Shown here piece after piece: positions 40,993 to 50,114 of a stretch of 64,000 nt of DNA. Below the pieces are notes generated by a model that saw only the letters and a list, made by a program, of their open reading frames with translations, did no database searches and was not told the origin of the DNA. This DNA comes from a virus, in the IMG/VR virus record IMGVR_UViG_3300045921_000803, positions 2,893 to 66,892 of that record; one strand, given 5' to 3'. Numbering within the stretch: the stretch's first letter is position 1; each line of letters opens with the position of its first letter. A program made the position numbers and the translations under genes.

Positions 40993-41595
40993 ATGAAAAA
41001 CGCTAATATCCCTTTCTGGCTTTATCTGTGGGCTCCCATAAGCTGGTTCCTTGTCGCCATCGTCGCAAGATCAATTTTTATAGCGATGGGTTTTGTCACA
41101 GTCCCCATAGCCGTACTGTTTGGGGCATGGGAGACAAGGGAATCGAAGATGTATCCGGGAAGACAGGTGAGGGCGTTTAGCTGGCCCATCATGTGGCTAT
41201 GGGGCAACGAGGAAGAAGGTATAGGTCACTATGGCAATCCGGAGTGGCCGCTTTGGCGTCGAATTATTTTTTCAGAGTGTAGGCAGAATCCTGCGAACAA
41301 TTTTAGATATGTTACACTATTTTCAGTAAAGCTTGACCCATCCAGGATAAAATTCTGGGCAACCCCTGAAAAGCCGACAATAGAAGCATACGACTCTGAC
41401 GACGACGATTTCTTCTACATGGCGTGGCAGGGAGGATATTCCTGCCTAAGATGGCAGAGGAAGTTTGGTTGTTTTGGTAGGCGCAGACTATGGATAGGAT
41501 GGAAAATTTATCCCGAAGATGTAAACGGAATACCTGACTGGGATCATAGAAAGGTGAGAGCAGGTGTCGCTACCCAGTTTAGGAGGTTGCGATGA
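40993..41595 (+). CDS. membrane-anchored Trp-rich protein
   Basis: N-terminal TM(s); GGAG RBS. Confidence 0.65.
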   Translation: MKNANIPFWLYLWAPISWFLVAIVARSIFIAMGFVTVPIAVLFGAWETRESKMYPGRQVRAFSWPIMWLWGNEEEGIGHYGNPEWPLWRRIIFSECRQNPANNFRYVTLFSVKLDPSRIKFWATPEKPTIEAYDSDDDDFFYMAWQGGYSCLRWQRKFGCFGRRRLWIGWKIYPEDVNGIPDWDHRKVRAGVATQFRRLR

Positions 41596-41912
41596 TGGAA
41601 AAGCTTAAGCAGTTGGCAAGAAAGATGAACGATCTTGGGATACCACTACCTAACGTCAGAGACCCCAAAACAGGCAAAGGGTCGGTTTCTCTTACTCTGG
41701 TATTCATAAGCTTCAACCTATGTCTTGTAGGGATAGTTGGTAAGTGGTCTAAGGTTTTGGATGTCGATATCAACCAGGCGATAAATCTTTTCATGGTTTG
41801 CGCAGGACTTTATTGGGGTCGAAAATTTCAACACGACAGCGATGAGAAAGGCGTTCTGGATACCAGTGGAAAGGATAAAGAAAATGGAAAAGAAGAGCAC
41901 AAAACTCAGTAA
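41592..41912 (+). CDS. holin-like two-TM protein
   Basis: two hydrophobic segments, charged C-terminal tail, Met-Met start. Confidence 0.5.
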   Translation: MMEKLKQLARKMNDLGIPLPNVRDPKTGKGSVSLTLVFISFNLCLVGIVGKWSKVLDVDINQAINLFMVCAGLYWGRKFQHDSDEKGVLDTSGKDKENGKEEHKTQ

Positions 41913-42129
41913 TGACGATATGTGGAAACTGGTCGCCCTGGAATACGAATACAGCGATGAAGGTATTTCTGACGAGTACTGGGATAAAAATTTTACAAGG
42001 GACATAATAAGAAAGGATGTTAAGTGGCTGATATCCAAGATAAAGGAGCTGGGGCAGGAGAAAGACTCCCTACCCAACTTTTGTGCCAACTGCACGTGCG
42101 GAAAATCCGGAGGATGTGATAGTATATAG
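41884..42129 (+). CDS. hypothetical protein with Cys-rich C-terminus
   Basis: CANCTCG. Confidence 0.5.
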   Translation: MEKKSTKLSNDDMWKLVALEYEYSDEGISDEYWDKNFTRDIIRKDVKWLISKIKELGQEKDSLPNFCANCTCGKSGGCDSI

Positions 42130-42144
42130 TATAGGAGATATACT

Positions 42145-42759
42145 ATGTCTAAAATCGAAAGAAAACCAAATTCTGTGTGGGTTACCGACTTCAACACCGA
42201 CTCCATAAAAAAGTTCTATGAGGATTTTGTTGACATAGAAGCTGACCCATATGTTCAAGCGATCCCAATCTTCATCAACTCGTATGGCGGACAGGTTTAT
42301 AGCCTAATAGCTAAGCGAGATCTTATAAAGACCTCCTCAAAGCCGGTCTGCACCATATGCCTGGGTAAGGCTATGTCTTGCGGGGCTTCTCTCCTGGCTT
42401 CGGGTACGAAAGGCTGGAGGTTTGCCTCCCCAGACTCACGAATACTTATCCACCAGGTAAGCTCCATGACCTTGGGAAAAGCATCGGATATTAAGGAAGA
42501 TGCAGCCCAGGTGCAGGCATTGAACGAAATGATGCTTAGAAACCTTGCGGAAGATACCGGCAACTCCGTAGAAAAACTCAAAAAAGAAATAAAGAACAGG
42601 GATAACGCAGACTGGACAATGACATCTGAGGAGGCCAAAAAATGGGGTATCATCGATCAGATAGGCGTACCAAGGCACGTATATCAGCAGGCGGGCACAG
42701 AGCTGGCTCTTTACGCAGATGTCAAAAATCTAAAAAACACAAAAAAAGCTGGACGATAG
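42145..42759 (+). CDS. clpP: ClpP-like serine protease subunit
   Basis: INSYGG, AMSCG (catalytic Ser), LIHQ (His), D; EEAKKWGIID. Confidence 0.9.
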   Translation: MSKIERKPNSVWVTDFNTDSIKKFYEDFVDIEADPYVQAIPIFINSYGGQVYSLIAKRDLIKTSSKPVCTICLGKAMSCGASLLASGTKGWRFASPDSRILIHQVSSMTLGKASDIKEDAAQVQALNEMMLRNLAEDTGNSVEKLKKEIKNRDNADWTMTSEEAKKWGIIDQIGVPRHVYQQAGTELALYADVKNLKNTKKAGR

Positions 42760-42794
42760 CCGTTTCTAAATATTAGTATTGTTAGAGAGGTTTT

Positions 42795-43055
42795 ATGTCT
42801 AGAATTCACATATCCACAATATCGCTGTCGTCAAAGACGGAGGAAGATCTTAAGCAGCAACTAAAAGACCTGTATGAGAAAACTCAGGGAGACGGTAGAA
42901 TCTACGAGATAGGTAAATTCTATGAGCCTGTTTTAGGGTACATCGCCGTAGACATTTATGTGTTTCTACCACTAGATAAGGTTATGGTGGAGAGAGCGAT
43001 TGAAAGGTTTGAAAAAAATGAAGAAGATTCGGAAGAAAACAAGACCATCCATTAA
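42795..43055 (+). CDS. hypothetical protein
   Basis: GAGG RBS. Confidence 0.6.
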   Translation: MSRIHISTISLSSKTEEDLKQQLKDLYEKTQGDGRIYEIGKFYEPVLGYIAVDIYVFLPLDKVMVERAIERFEKNEEDSEENKTIH

Positions 43056-43227
43056 CACAATTAACATCATGGTGGAGCTGGGTGAGCTGATGGCCGATAT
43101 CGGCTGGGCTGTAGCAATACCCGACCAGAATAGCATAGACCACCTGGTCATAGGTAAGCCTGAAAAGATAAAAGAGATCGTAAAAGAGCTGCAGAAAAAA
43201 TACGACATAATGAAAAAAGATAACTAG
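43018..43227 (+). CDS. hypothetical protein
   Basis: ORF in operon. Confidence 0.55.
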   Translation: MKKIRKKTRPSINTINIMVELGELMADIGWAVAIPDQNSIDHLVIGKPEKIKEIVKELQKKYDIMKKDN

Positions 43228-43446
43228 ATGGATATCCTATTCCTCGTCCTATTAATTTTTTCCGTATATGTCATATCTGGCGCAGTTAGCAGGGCTGAGC
43301 AGAGAAGGATTACAGAAAAATACATCAGGGGCGACTACTGCCCTCCTCACAGATGGGCTAGGAAAGAGCAGCCTGGATCGGATGACAGCTATCTGGTCTG
43401 CGACAAGTGCTCTAGGCTACCCGTTACAGATGGTGAAAGCGTATAG
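43228..43446 (+). CDS. membrane-anchored small Zn-finger-like protein
   Basis: N-terminal TM; CPPH...CDKC. Confidence 0.6.
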   Translation: MDILFLVLLIFSVYVISGAVSRAEQRRITEKYIRGDYCPPHRWARKEQPGSDDSYLVCDKCSRLPVTDGESV

Positions 43447-43449
43447 TTT

Positions 43450-43755
43450 ATGAAAACATTCTACATGCTAAGGCACGAAGACATCCACAACAACTCAGGA
43501 ACAGGTGTCGTTGCGGAGGGTGTGATATTTGATGATGGGTCCGGCGCCTTCACCTGGCTTACGGACATCAAAACTGTTACGGTCTTCATGAAAATTTCTG
43601 AGGTTAAAAGACTTCACGGACACGAAGGCAGAACTGAGATAGTCATCGAAAACGTCAAAAAAGACATCAAAAAATTCCAGATGTGCAAAGAAATGGCAAG
43701 GGCCAAAAAAGACCTTAAAGACAGAAAGTCTCAAAAAGAAACATTAAAAAAATAG
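43450..43755 (+). CDS. conserved phage hypothetical protein
   Basis: SGTGVVAEGVIFDDG...HGHEG motif. Confidence 0.7.
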   Translation: MKTFYMLRHEDIHNNSGTGVVAEGVIFDDGSGAFTWLTDIKTVTVFMKISEVKRLHGHEGRTEIVIENVKKDIKKFQMCKEMARAKKDLKDRKSQKETLKK

Positions 43756-43757
43756 TT

Positions 43758-43786
43758 TTGACATTGTAACTTATACATATTACTAT
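43758..43786 (+). promoter_or_regulatory. sigma70-like promoter
   Basis: TTGACA-17-TACTAT, then AGGAGG RBS. Confidence 0.75.
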
Positions 43787-43805
43787 CTCCATATCAGGAG
43801 GTTTT

Positions 43806-44027
43806 ATGGATAAGGTTCGATGCTCTATCTGCCAAGACAGAGATGCCAAGATTGTCATGCTGCCACACTGGAAAACCGGCCTTATTCAGCCTTTTGTAGA
43901 GGGTACCTGTGGTCATCCCGAATGCGTAAAAGAATACGAACAGGCTCTGGAATACGGATATCAGGAGGCTAGGCAGGAGGCTGAAGAGCGCATGTACGAG
44001 GAGGTTGTAAATGAAGATCGTAACTGA
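43806..44027 (+). CDS. hypothetical Zn-binding protein
   Basis: CSIC...CGHPEC. Confidence 0.65.
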   Translation: MDKVRCSICQDRDAKIVMLPHWKTGLIQPFVEGTCGHPECVKEYEQALEYGYQEARQEAEERMYEEVVNEDRN

Positions 44028-44277
44028 AAAGTTAGGTAGGGGTCTTACAAAGAACTACAGGGAAGATGTGGGTAGCCTTATACAGAGGTTTGCCCAATTT
44101 TTACACGTAAGTCAGTTTGAAAACCTGCCCAGGAATACAAAAGAAATTCCCAAGGACAGGGCCATAGCTTTTAGGATCGACGGATCTCCTACTGTTGCTA
44201 TAGGGGAGATGGTTTTCGCGATAGACAATGAAGGCCGCCTAACATGGCTTCAAGAAATTATCGATTCAACTGATTAG
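44011..44277 (+). CDS. hypothetical protein
   Basis: GGAGGT RBS. Confidence 0.6.
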   Translation: MKIVTEKLGRGLTKNYREDVGSLIQRFAQFLHVSQFENLPRNTKEIPKDRAIAFRIDGSPTVAIGEMVFAIDNEGRLTWLQEIIDSTD

Positions 44278-44285
44278 GATAATAT

Positions 44286-44519
44286 ATGAAAAAATTTCCA
44301 ATAGAACTTAACGGGGTTGCCAATATCAAGATGTTGATGGACTACCCTCTGGAGTGCCCTGTGGTGCAAAGAAAGGCCATCATGGAGCAGCTTGACTATC
44401 TGGAGCGCTACATGCTGGCGCTATCGGACGCAGCCTCAATGGGCCTGCAGCCACCAGCCTGGCATGAGGTGAGGGAAAACAGGAAAACATTCCCAAGCAT
44501 GAAGGAAAGGATGAAGTGA
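44286..44519 (+). CDS. hypothetical protein
   Basis: ORF in operon. Confidence 0.55.
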   Translation: MKKFPIELNGVANIKMLMDYPLECPVVQRKAIMEQLDYLERYMLALSDAASMGLQPPAWHEVRENRKTFPSMKERMK

Positions 44520-44719
44520 TGTGTATCGTCTGCGTTGAGCTTGTAAAGCAGAAGATGAGCATATCTGAGGCTGAGCGAAACCTTGGCGAGATGGTGACAA
44601 ATCCAAAGGACCCCAACAAAGATCACTATGCAGAGCTTGAGCACGCCCTGAAGGAGCTTGAGGCTACCAGATTAGAAAAGCTTTTCAAAAAGGCGATGGA
44701 GGAGTATGACGCAGAATAG
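44516..44719 (+). CDS. hypothetical protein
   Basis: MCIVC start, coupled. Confidence 0.6.
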   Translation: MMCIVCVELVKQKMSISEAERNLGEMVTNPKDPNKDHYAELEHALKELEATRLEKLFKKAMEEYDAE

Positions 44720-45206
44720 CTCAGGAAATAAATCCCCAGCACTACCTAACGGTTTTTATAAGATGCTGCTTACCCTAAACTTCATAATGCTCTGCTCGCT
44801 AACCTGGATGCAGGAGCCAATACAGAAGGTGATCAACGCGATGGATGAGAAAATCAGGGTCAAAGCCTACTACGATGTTTGCAATCATGTGGAGGCCATC
44901 GTTAACGTAGAGGCGGCTATTATAGAGGAAACCTTCATCACAGGATGCGCTTTCACCATGATTGATGCGGCGGTGAAAAAGACTACCAAAGACCCACAGG
45001 AGCAATTCTTAGAAAGGGAACGTCTTATAAAGAGATATAGGGACAAAGACGATAGTCTGAACGATGAGCTTTTTAATGCCTGCGGGGATATTCTAATATC
45101 GTACAATCCCAAACTACACGCAAATTACATGGTAGACAGTATACAGGGCCTATTGAACTGTGATGAGGTTGATCGAAAAGCACGGAAAATGGGTGTCTCA
45201 AATTGA
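44706..45206 (+). CDS. membrane-anchored hypothetical protein
   Basis: N-terminal TM; GGAGG RBS. Confidence 0.6.
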   Translation: MTQNSSGNKSPALPNGFYKMLLTLNFIMLCSLTWMQEPIQKVINAMDEKIRVKAYYDVCNHVEAIVNVEAAIIEETFITGCAFTMIDAAVKKTTKDPQEQFLERERLIKRYRDKDDSLNDELFNACGDILISYNPKLHANYMVDSIQGLLNCDEVDRKARKMGVSN

Positions 45207-45207
45207 T

Positions 45208-45243
45208 AAAATTACAAAAAAGGCTAAAGTTTTTTGTAATTTT
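45208..45243. repeat. 14-bp perfect inverted repeat (operator or terminator candidate)
   Basis: AAAATTACAAAAAA-ggctaaag-TTTTTTGTAATTTT. Confidence 0.75.
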
Positions 45244-45278
45244 TACGATAAGTATAGGGTAAAACAAACGGAGGATTT

Positions 45279-45479
45279 ATGAAAAAAGAACTTAACAACC
45301 TGATCGACGCATCTGACAGATTTGGATCAAACACAAGCCCTGACGCATACCGCATCAGTATGCACATCAGAAACATGATGATTGCATACGGCGAAGATTA
45401 CGTTAGAGACGTCATTACAGAGCTTTTTCTGAAGCAGCAGCCTAAAAAAGGTCGTCAAAAGAAAGTTGTTGGAGCATAA
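45279..45479 (+). CDS. hypothetical protein
   Basis: GGAGG RBS. Confidence 0.65.
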   Translation: MKKELNNLIDASDRFGSNTSPDAYRISMHIRNMMIAYGEDYVRDVITELFLKQQPKKGRQKKVVGA

Positions 45480-45480
45480 T

Positions 45481-45732
45481 ATGAGCAAAACCATGCACGA
45501 TCTGGCGCAGGAATGGCATGACGAAAGAATAAAGGCTTGTGTTGAGGCCTGTGAGGGGATCTCCGATCTTAGACAGGTCAGATATGTAAGACTTATGACA
45601 AAGGCCCTGGAGATCATAGCTACGCCTGTAAAAGACATTGACAGTATGAGCAGGGAGCAGCTACTAAATCTCATCGAGGACTACACCGCAGAAGCCATAA
45701 AAGCCCTGAATAGGCCGAAAGGAAGACTATGA
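45481..45732 (+). CDS. hypothetical protein
   Basis: RIKACVEACEGI motif; GGAG RBS. Confidence 0.6.
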   Translation: MSKTMHDLAQEWHDERIKACVEACEGISDLRQVRYVRLMTKALEIIATPVKDIDSMSREQLLNLIEDYTAEAIKALNRPKGRL

Positions 45733-45977
45733 ACACATTGATTTTCGTATCCATACTCAGTCTTCAGTGTAACCAGGCAGGGGAATTTTACAGGTGCGTA
45801 TACGATACCGAGGTGATAGTGAGGGCGCAGGACATGAAAAAGCTCACCAGCTTCAAATATAGGCTAGGTCCTGTTGCCCAGACACTGAGCGAAGGATGCG
45901 TAATAGAGACGGTTGATGGGAACACGTACAGAAGCGGTAAGAAGTGCAGGGAACACATACTGGGAGGAGAAAAATGA
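45729..45977 (+). CDS. small exported Cys-containing protein
   Basis: signal-like N-terminus. Confidence 0.55.
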   Translation: MNTLIFVSILSLQCNQAGEFYRCVYDTEVIVRAQDMKKLTSFKYRLGPVAQTLSEGCVIETVDGNTYRSGKKCREHILGGEK

Positions 45978-46243
45978 GAAGCGTAATAGAGTTATTTCTT
46001 GATTACCATATATTAGTAGCTGGTGTTGCGGTCTTTTTGGTATACGCACATTCTGCATATGTAGAATATTTTTCAAAAAAAGAAATAAGTGACGACTGGT
46101 TTGATCAGGCTATGACCCGTAGTATCATGAGAAAGTATGGTCCAAGACACGATGGATTCGTCGGAAGCTTGATCCCTCAGAATAAGGATATAAGCCTGAT
46201 TGGAACCACGGATGATGGCCACTTCAGAAAGTTTAAGGAGTAG
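45974..46243 (+). CDS. single-TM hypothetical protein
   Basis: GGAGG RBS; TM. Confidence 0.6.
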   Translation: MRSVIELFLDYHILVAGVAVFLVYAHSAYVEYFSKKEISDDWFDQAMTRSIMRKYGPRHDGFVGSLIPQNKDISLIGTTDDGHFRKFKE

Positions 46244-46245
46244 GT

Positions 46246-46914
46246 ATGAAAGCATTTCATAATGACCCAGAACTTAAACAAAAATATCTAGACAGAGTAT
46301 TGGCTCACCAAAAGGCCGATGAAATTATCAAAGGCAGGTACTGGGAGAACGGTAAAGGGTGTGCTGTGGGATGTACAATTCATAGCGACGACCATTCAGC
46401 ATACGAGACCGAACTGGGCGTGCCAAAGTGGTTAGCTCTATTAGAGGATAGAATTTTTGAAGGCTTACCAAACAATGAGGCCAAAGCCTTTCCAGCACTA
46501 TTTCTGGATGCAATCAATGTTGGTGCTGACTTAGAAAAAATCAAAATCCAGATGCTTATATTTATTGTCGAGTCTGCAAGAGCAAGCACGAAAAACAAAA
46601 GGTCTTTGGCAGCTATTGACGGCGTTTTAGTTGAACTTCGTAAAGATGTTTTGGATTTAGATGCGCTAAAAAAAGCTCGTGCTGCTGCTGCTTATGCTGC
46701 TTATGCTGCTGATGCTGCTGCTTATTCTGCTTATGCTGCTGCTGCTGTTTATGCTGCTGATGCTGCTTATGCTGCTTATGCTGCTTATGCTGCTGTTGCT
46801 GATGCTGCTTCTGCTGCTGCTTATTCTGCTTATGCTGCTACTGATGCTGCTGCTGAAAAAGAATACAGCAAATTTGCTAATAAACTTTTAGAACTAATTA
46901 GGGGGTGCAAATGA
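46246..46914 (+). CDS. hypothetical protein with Ala/Tyr low-complexity insert, paralog 1
   Basis: MKAFHND...GKGCAVGCTIHS...; highly similar to 52923..53609. Confidence 0.8.
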   Translation: MKAFHNDPELKQKYLDRVLAHQKADEIIKGRYWENGKGCAVGCTIHSDDHSAYETELGVPKWLALLEDRIFEGLPNNEAKAFPALFLDAINVGADLEKIKIQMLIFIVESARASTKNKRSLAAIDGVLVELRKDVLDLDALKKARAAAAYAAYAADAAAYSAYAAAAVYAADAAYAAYAAYAAVADAASAAAYSAYAATDAAAEKEYSKFANKLLELIRGCK

Positions 46915-47114
46915 AAACACTAAACTATGGCGGATTCGGAGTAGTTGAGATGGGCCTGCAGGAGTTCCTTTCCCGCATGGAAGATAAAGACATACTTGAG
47001 GTGGTTAAAGTTGAAGGCTACGTGTTCCTACACAGCCCAAAAGACAACCAGCTCTACGCAGTTGGGGAGCCTCATAGTAAAAAGACTGCAGAGGATTATA
47101 AAGATGTCGAGTAG
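46911..47114 (+). CDS. hypothetical protein
   Basis: ATG overlapping upstream stop. Confidence 0.55.
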   Translation: MKTLNYGGFGVVEMGLQEFLSRMEDKDILEVVKVEGYVFLHSPKDNQLYAVGEPHSKKTAEDYKDVE

Positions 47115-47559
47115 GTTTACAGATGACGGGATCTTAAAACCGTCAGAATTTAAAAAAGAATTGGATCTATTATTGCTCAACGTCCCTTTTAACCCAGAGG
47201 GAATACTAACGAATAGAGAGTCGATGATAGTTAATGAGTGGGTTATGGGTAACTCGATTGTAGGTATTGCAGACCGGCTAGGGGTCACAAGAGAAAGGAT
47301 TAGGCAGATCCTGTCAAAAGTTCAAAGAAAGATGGGTGTAGACGTAGTACCTGCGAACACCTGGGACCCAAACGATATCTCAAGTATTGAAGAATGGGTT
47401 GAGTATGAGGGGCTTACCGATCTGCGCAGCGACATTGAAAAGGCAATGGCCGAATCCGGAATTCCATCGGATGCAGGTAAGGATGTTGTAAATTTTATAT
47501 TCTCTAGATTTAGAGAGTTTCTGGTATCGCGAGACATGGAAAGAGATGTGGAGGACTAG
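47104..47559 (+). CDS. sigma70 region-4-like HTH protein
   Basis: LTNRE...IADRLGVTRERIRQI; start moved to ATG 47104 after GAGG. Confidence 0.7.
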   Translation: MSSRFTDDGILKPSEFKKELDLLLLNVPFNPEGILTNRESMIVNEWVMGNSIVGIADRLGVTRERIRQILSKVQRKMGVDVVPANTWDPNDISSIEEWVEYEGLTDLRSDIEKAMAESGIPSDAGKDVVNFIFSRFREFLVSRDMERDVED

Positions 47560-47742
47560 ATGGAAATCTTGTTGACTGTAATTTTTGCAACCTGCCTGCA
47601 GCCTGGAGCTTCTGATTATGATTGGAGCTGCGTAGATTTTATAAACAACTGTGCCGTAGGAAAGGCTGGCAAAATAGAGCAGGAGAAGGTTTCCGAGTGT
47701 TTGAATCGCTGGAAAGATGGCGAAAAATATACGGAAAAATAA
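47560..47742 (+). CDS. small exported Cys-rich protein
   Basis: GGAGG RBS; hydrophobic N-terminus, four Cys. Confidence 0.55.
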   Translation: MEILLTVIFATCLQPGASDYDWSCVDFINNCAVGKAGKIEQEKVSECLNRWKDGEKYTEK

Positions 47743-47793
47743 TTTTTTAGTGTTTTAGATAAATTGTGGTATTGTAGATAAAAAGGAGATTGT

Positions 47794-47958
47794 ATGAGAA
47801 AAGCAAATAACAAGTTACAGCTAGATGTCAGCATGACAACCATGATGAAGATCGGGTTTTCCCTGGTCCTTTTAAAGGTGATGTTCCTAGCTGTAGATAT
47901 AGCTGTAGAGTTGGGTGCAGTAGCTTTTGTTAGATATCTTATGGAGCTATCCTATTAA
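47794..47958 (+). CDS. small membrane protein (54 aa, not in ORF track)
   Basis: AGGAG RBS; hydrophobic. Confidence 0.5.
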   Translation: MRKANNKLQLDVSMTTMMKIGFSLVLLKVMFLAVDIAVELGAVAFVRYLMELSY

Positions 47959-48182
47959 TGGAAAAGATACTTTTAGCAATTCTCTACATATCAGGGAAAG
48001 CATTCGGATGGTGCATGGTGAGCTTTGTATTGTTGGCTTCCTTGTTCGTTCAGGTAGATTACTCTATGGATGTCCTGGGGGTGACCCTTATACTTGGGAT
48101 ATCCCTGCTTGCCATCAGCAACGTTTCATACAGGAGACTTTTAGACATTTCATCAGTAGAGGAAAATAAAGATGGACAATAA
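47958..48182 (+). CDS. membrane protein
   Basis: two TM segments; TAATG coupling. Confidence 0.55.
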   Translation: MEKILLAILYISGKAFGWCMVSFVLLASLFVQVDYSMDVLGVTLILGISLLAISNVSYRRLLDISSVEENKDGQ

Positions 48183-48540
48183 GACGTATAAAACATGGGC
48201 TCTGACAAAAGAACGTAAAGGCTACGATAAGGTTGCTGAGCGCATCCAGGAGGGCACAACAGGAAGCCTTCTGCACGGAGCTTTGGGTATAGCAGGGGAA
48301 GCAGGGGAGCTTCTGGATGCTGTTAAAAAACACGTGATGTACGGAAAGGATCTTGATAAGGCTAACGTCATGGAGGAGATCGGGGATATTCTATGGTATA
48401 TGTCCATAGCCCTTGAATCCGTAGGCAGCTCTTTTGAGGAAGTGATGCAGCTAAACCACGACAAGCTTGAAAAAAGATATCCGGGTGGATTTACGGAGGC
48501 GCTTGCCCAGCTAAGACTGGACAAGAAGTCGGAAGAATGA
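48172..48540 (+). CDS. mazG: MazG-like nucleotide pyrophosphohydrolase
   Basis: LGIAGEAGELLDAVKK...EEIGDILWY...NHDKLEKRYP. Confidence 0.9.
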   Translation: MDNKTYKTWALTKERKGYDKVAERIQEGTTGSLLHGALGIAGEAGELLDAVKKHVMYGKDLDKANVMEEIGDILWYMSIALESVGSSFEEVMQLNHDKLEKRYPGGFTEALAQLRLDKKSEE

Positions 48541-48728
48541 CGAGCCCCATCTTCATGATTTTGGCCATAATTGGTTCTGTATACCTATTTGGCCTTGTTC
48601 TTGGAGGGTTGCTAGGTCTTGCTATCAAATTTTTCGGATTTGCTGGGTTTGCAATGTTCTTTTTGGGTGTATTATTTTTAATAAAAACGATGGTTACTAC
48701 TAACGAAGGGAAGAAAAATGAAAGGTAA
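48537..48728 (+). CDS. membrane protein
   Basis: two TM segments. Confidence 0.55.
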   Translation: MTSPIFMILAIIGSVYLFGLVLGGLLGLAIKFFGFAGFAMFFLGVLFLIKTMVTTNEGKKNER

Positions 48729-49098
48729 ATTAAGTAATGAAAACATGGAAGAGACTATCAAGCTAGCTATGGAATACTTTAAGGACAAGACTACAGTAGA
48801 GTCTGCCTTACTTGTATCTAAGGATGTGATGGAAGACCTAAACAGTAGCATATCAGGAGCAAACATCGTAGCTCTTGTAATGCAAACCCATATGACGGAG
48901 AGAAACAAGAAACTGATCAGCTCGACAGGAGCCAGAGAAGACGGATTCCTGGCGCTTAGGATCATAGTTGAGGATAAGGATTTTGTTAGGCTCATGGATA
49001 TATTAAAAAGCAATAAATTCTCTACGGTTTCTACCCCAAACGCTAAAGCTATTGAGGATTTTTTGAAACAAGGTAGCGATGGAGAAACTATCCAGTGA
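48718..49098 (+). CDS. hypothetical protein
   Basis: ORF in operon. Confidence 0.6.
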   Translation: MKGKLSNENMEETIKLAMEYFKDKTTVESALLVSKDVMEDLNSSISGANIVALVMQTHMTERNKKLISSTGAREDGFLALRIIVEDKDFVRLMDILKSNKFSTVSTPNAKAIEDFLKQGSDGETIQ

Positions 49099-49343
49099 GT
49101 CTATTTGATGTCTACGCCATTATACAAAACGGAAGCCTTCTGTTTGCGGCTGTATTCTTCGCGTACAGGATCATCATGGGAAAACCAACCAAGAAGCTAT
49201 TTGTAAACTTCCTTAAGATATTGGGTGTTGGCCTTGTTTCCTCCCTTTTCCCTTTCTTCCTGATCGGACTACTGATGGGAGCCCCTGCGGTATTGCTAGC
49301 CAGTATCGTGATCACCTTTATGTTTCAGAAAGAACTCATTTAA
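49095..49343 (+). CDS. membrane protein
   Basis: hydrophobic; GTGA coupling. Confidence 0.55.
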   Translation: MSLFDVYAIIQNGSLLFAAVFFAYRIIMGKPTKKLFVNFLKILGVGLVSSLFPFFLIGLLMGAPAVLLASIVITFMFQKELI

Positions 49344-49834
49344 TGAATAAAACGATGCCGCTTCAGATATTATCCTTAGAAGCGGCGCCACTGGTCACCC
49401 CATGTGAGCCTGTAAAAACGTTCGATATGGGTTTGGCTGAACAGCTAGACCAGATGTTTCTAACCATGAAGGGTGCAAAAGGCATCGGGCTTGCCGCAAA
49501 TCAGGTGGGCATCATGCTATCGATGTTCGTGATGGAGCTTCAGAACGGCGAGAGGCGCGACATCGTGAACCCAAGACTCGTCAGTAAGAGCGATAAGATC
49601 GCTGGCTTTCAAGAGGGATGCCTATCACTACCGGGTGCGTTTGTCGACACAGGTGTCAGGAGTGAGGCTGTCGTGATCAGGTATCAGGACAAAACCGGAG
49701 CAGATCAGATTGAGTCATTCACGCAGGTCGATGCTGTCTGTGTGCAGCACGAGATGGAACACCTTATGGGAGAAAGCTTCCTGAAGCATCTAGGAAGGCA
49801 GAAACGCCGTCTCCTTTTGAGAAAACACCTATAA
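49343..49834 (+). CDS. def: peptide deformylase
   Basis: GIGLAANQVG, EGCLS and QHEMEH motifs. Confidence 0.95.
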   Translation: MNKTMPLQILSLEAAPLVTPCEPVKTFDMGLAEQLDQMFLTMKGAKGIGLAANQVGIMLSMFVMELQNGERRDIVNPRLVSKSDKIAGFQEGCLSLPGAFVDTGVRSEAVVIRYQDKTGADQIESFTQVDAVCVQHEMEHLMGESFLKHLGRQKRRLLLRKHL

Positions 49835-49838
49835 ATTC

Positions 49839-49867
49839 TTGTACTTTTTACAAATCCCCTGTATTCT
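49839..49867 (+). promoter_or_regulatory. sigma70-like promoter
   Basis: TTGTAC-17-TATTCT. Confidence 0.5.
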
Positions 49868-49892
49868 ATACCTATACGAACAAGGGGGCTAC

Positions 49893-50114
49893 ATGAACAA
49901 AGTTTACAGAATCCGAATCGGAGAAGAGAACTTCTGGATTGGTGCTGGTTTGCAACTTTTTAGAAGCCAAGACATGGCCATCCCAATCACGTTTGAAGAA
50001 CATATCGCGGTGATGGAAAAGATAGACGTAGAAGCCACAGCGTACAGCGAAGATTTTAATCCCGAGATCCACGTTCTTGGCGCCATCGTAATGAAGGCGA
50101 TGGGGTTACAATGA
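49893..50114 (+). CDS. hypothetical protein
   Basis: start moved to ATG after AGGGGG. Confidence 0.55.
   Translation: MNKVYRIRIGEENFWIGAGLQLFRSQDMAIPITFEEHIAVMEKIDVEATAYSEDFNPEIHVLGAIVMKAMGLQ

Noticed and set aside
46679-46891. Poly-Leu/Met ORF (also 53356..53592)
   Set aside because: Alternative-frame shadow of the GCT-rich Ala tract inside real genes
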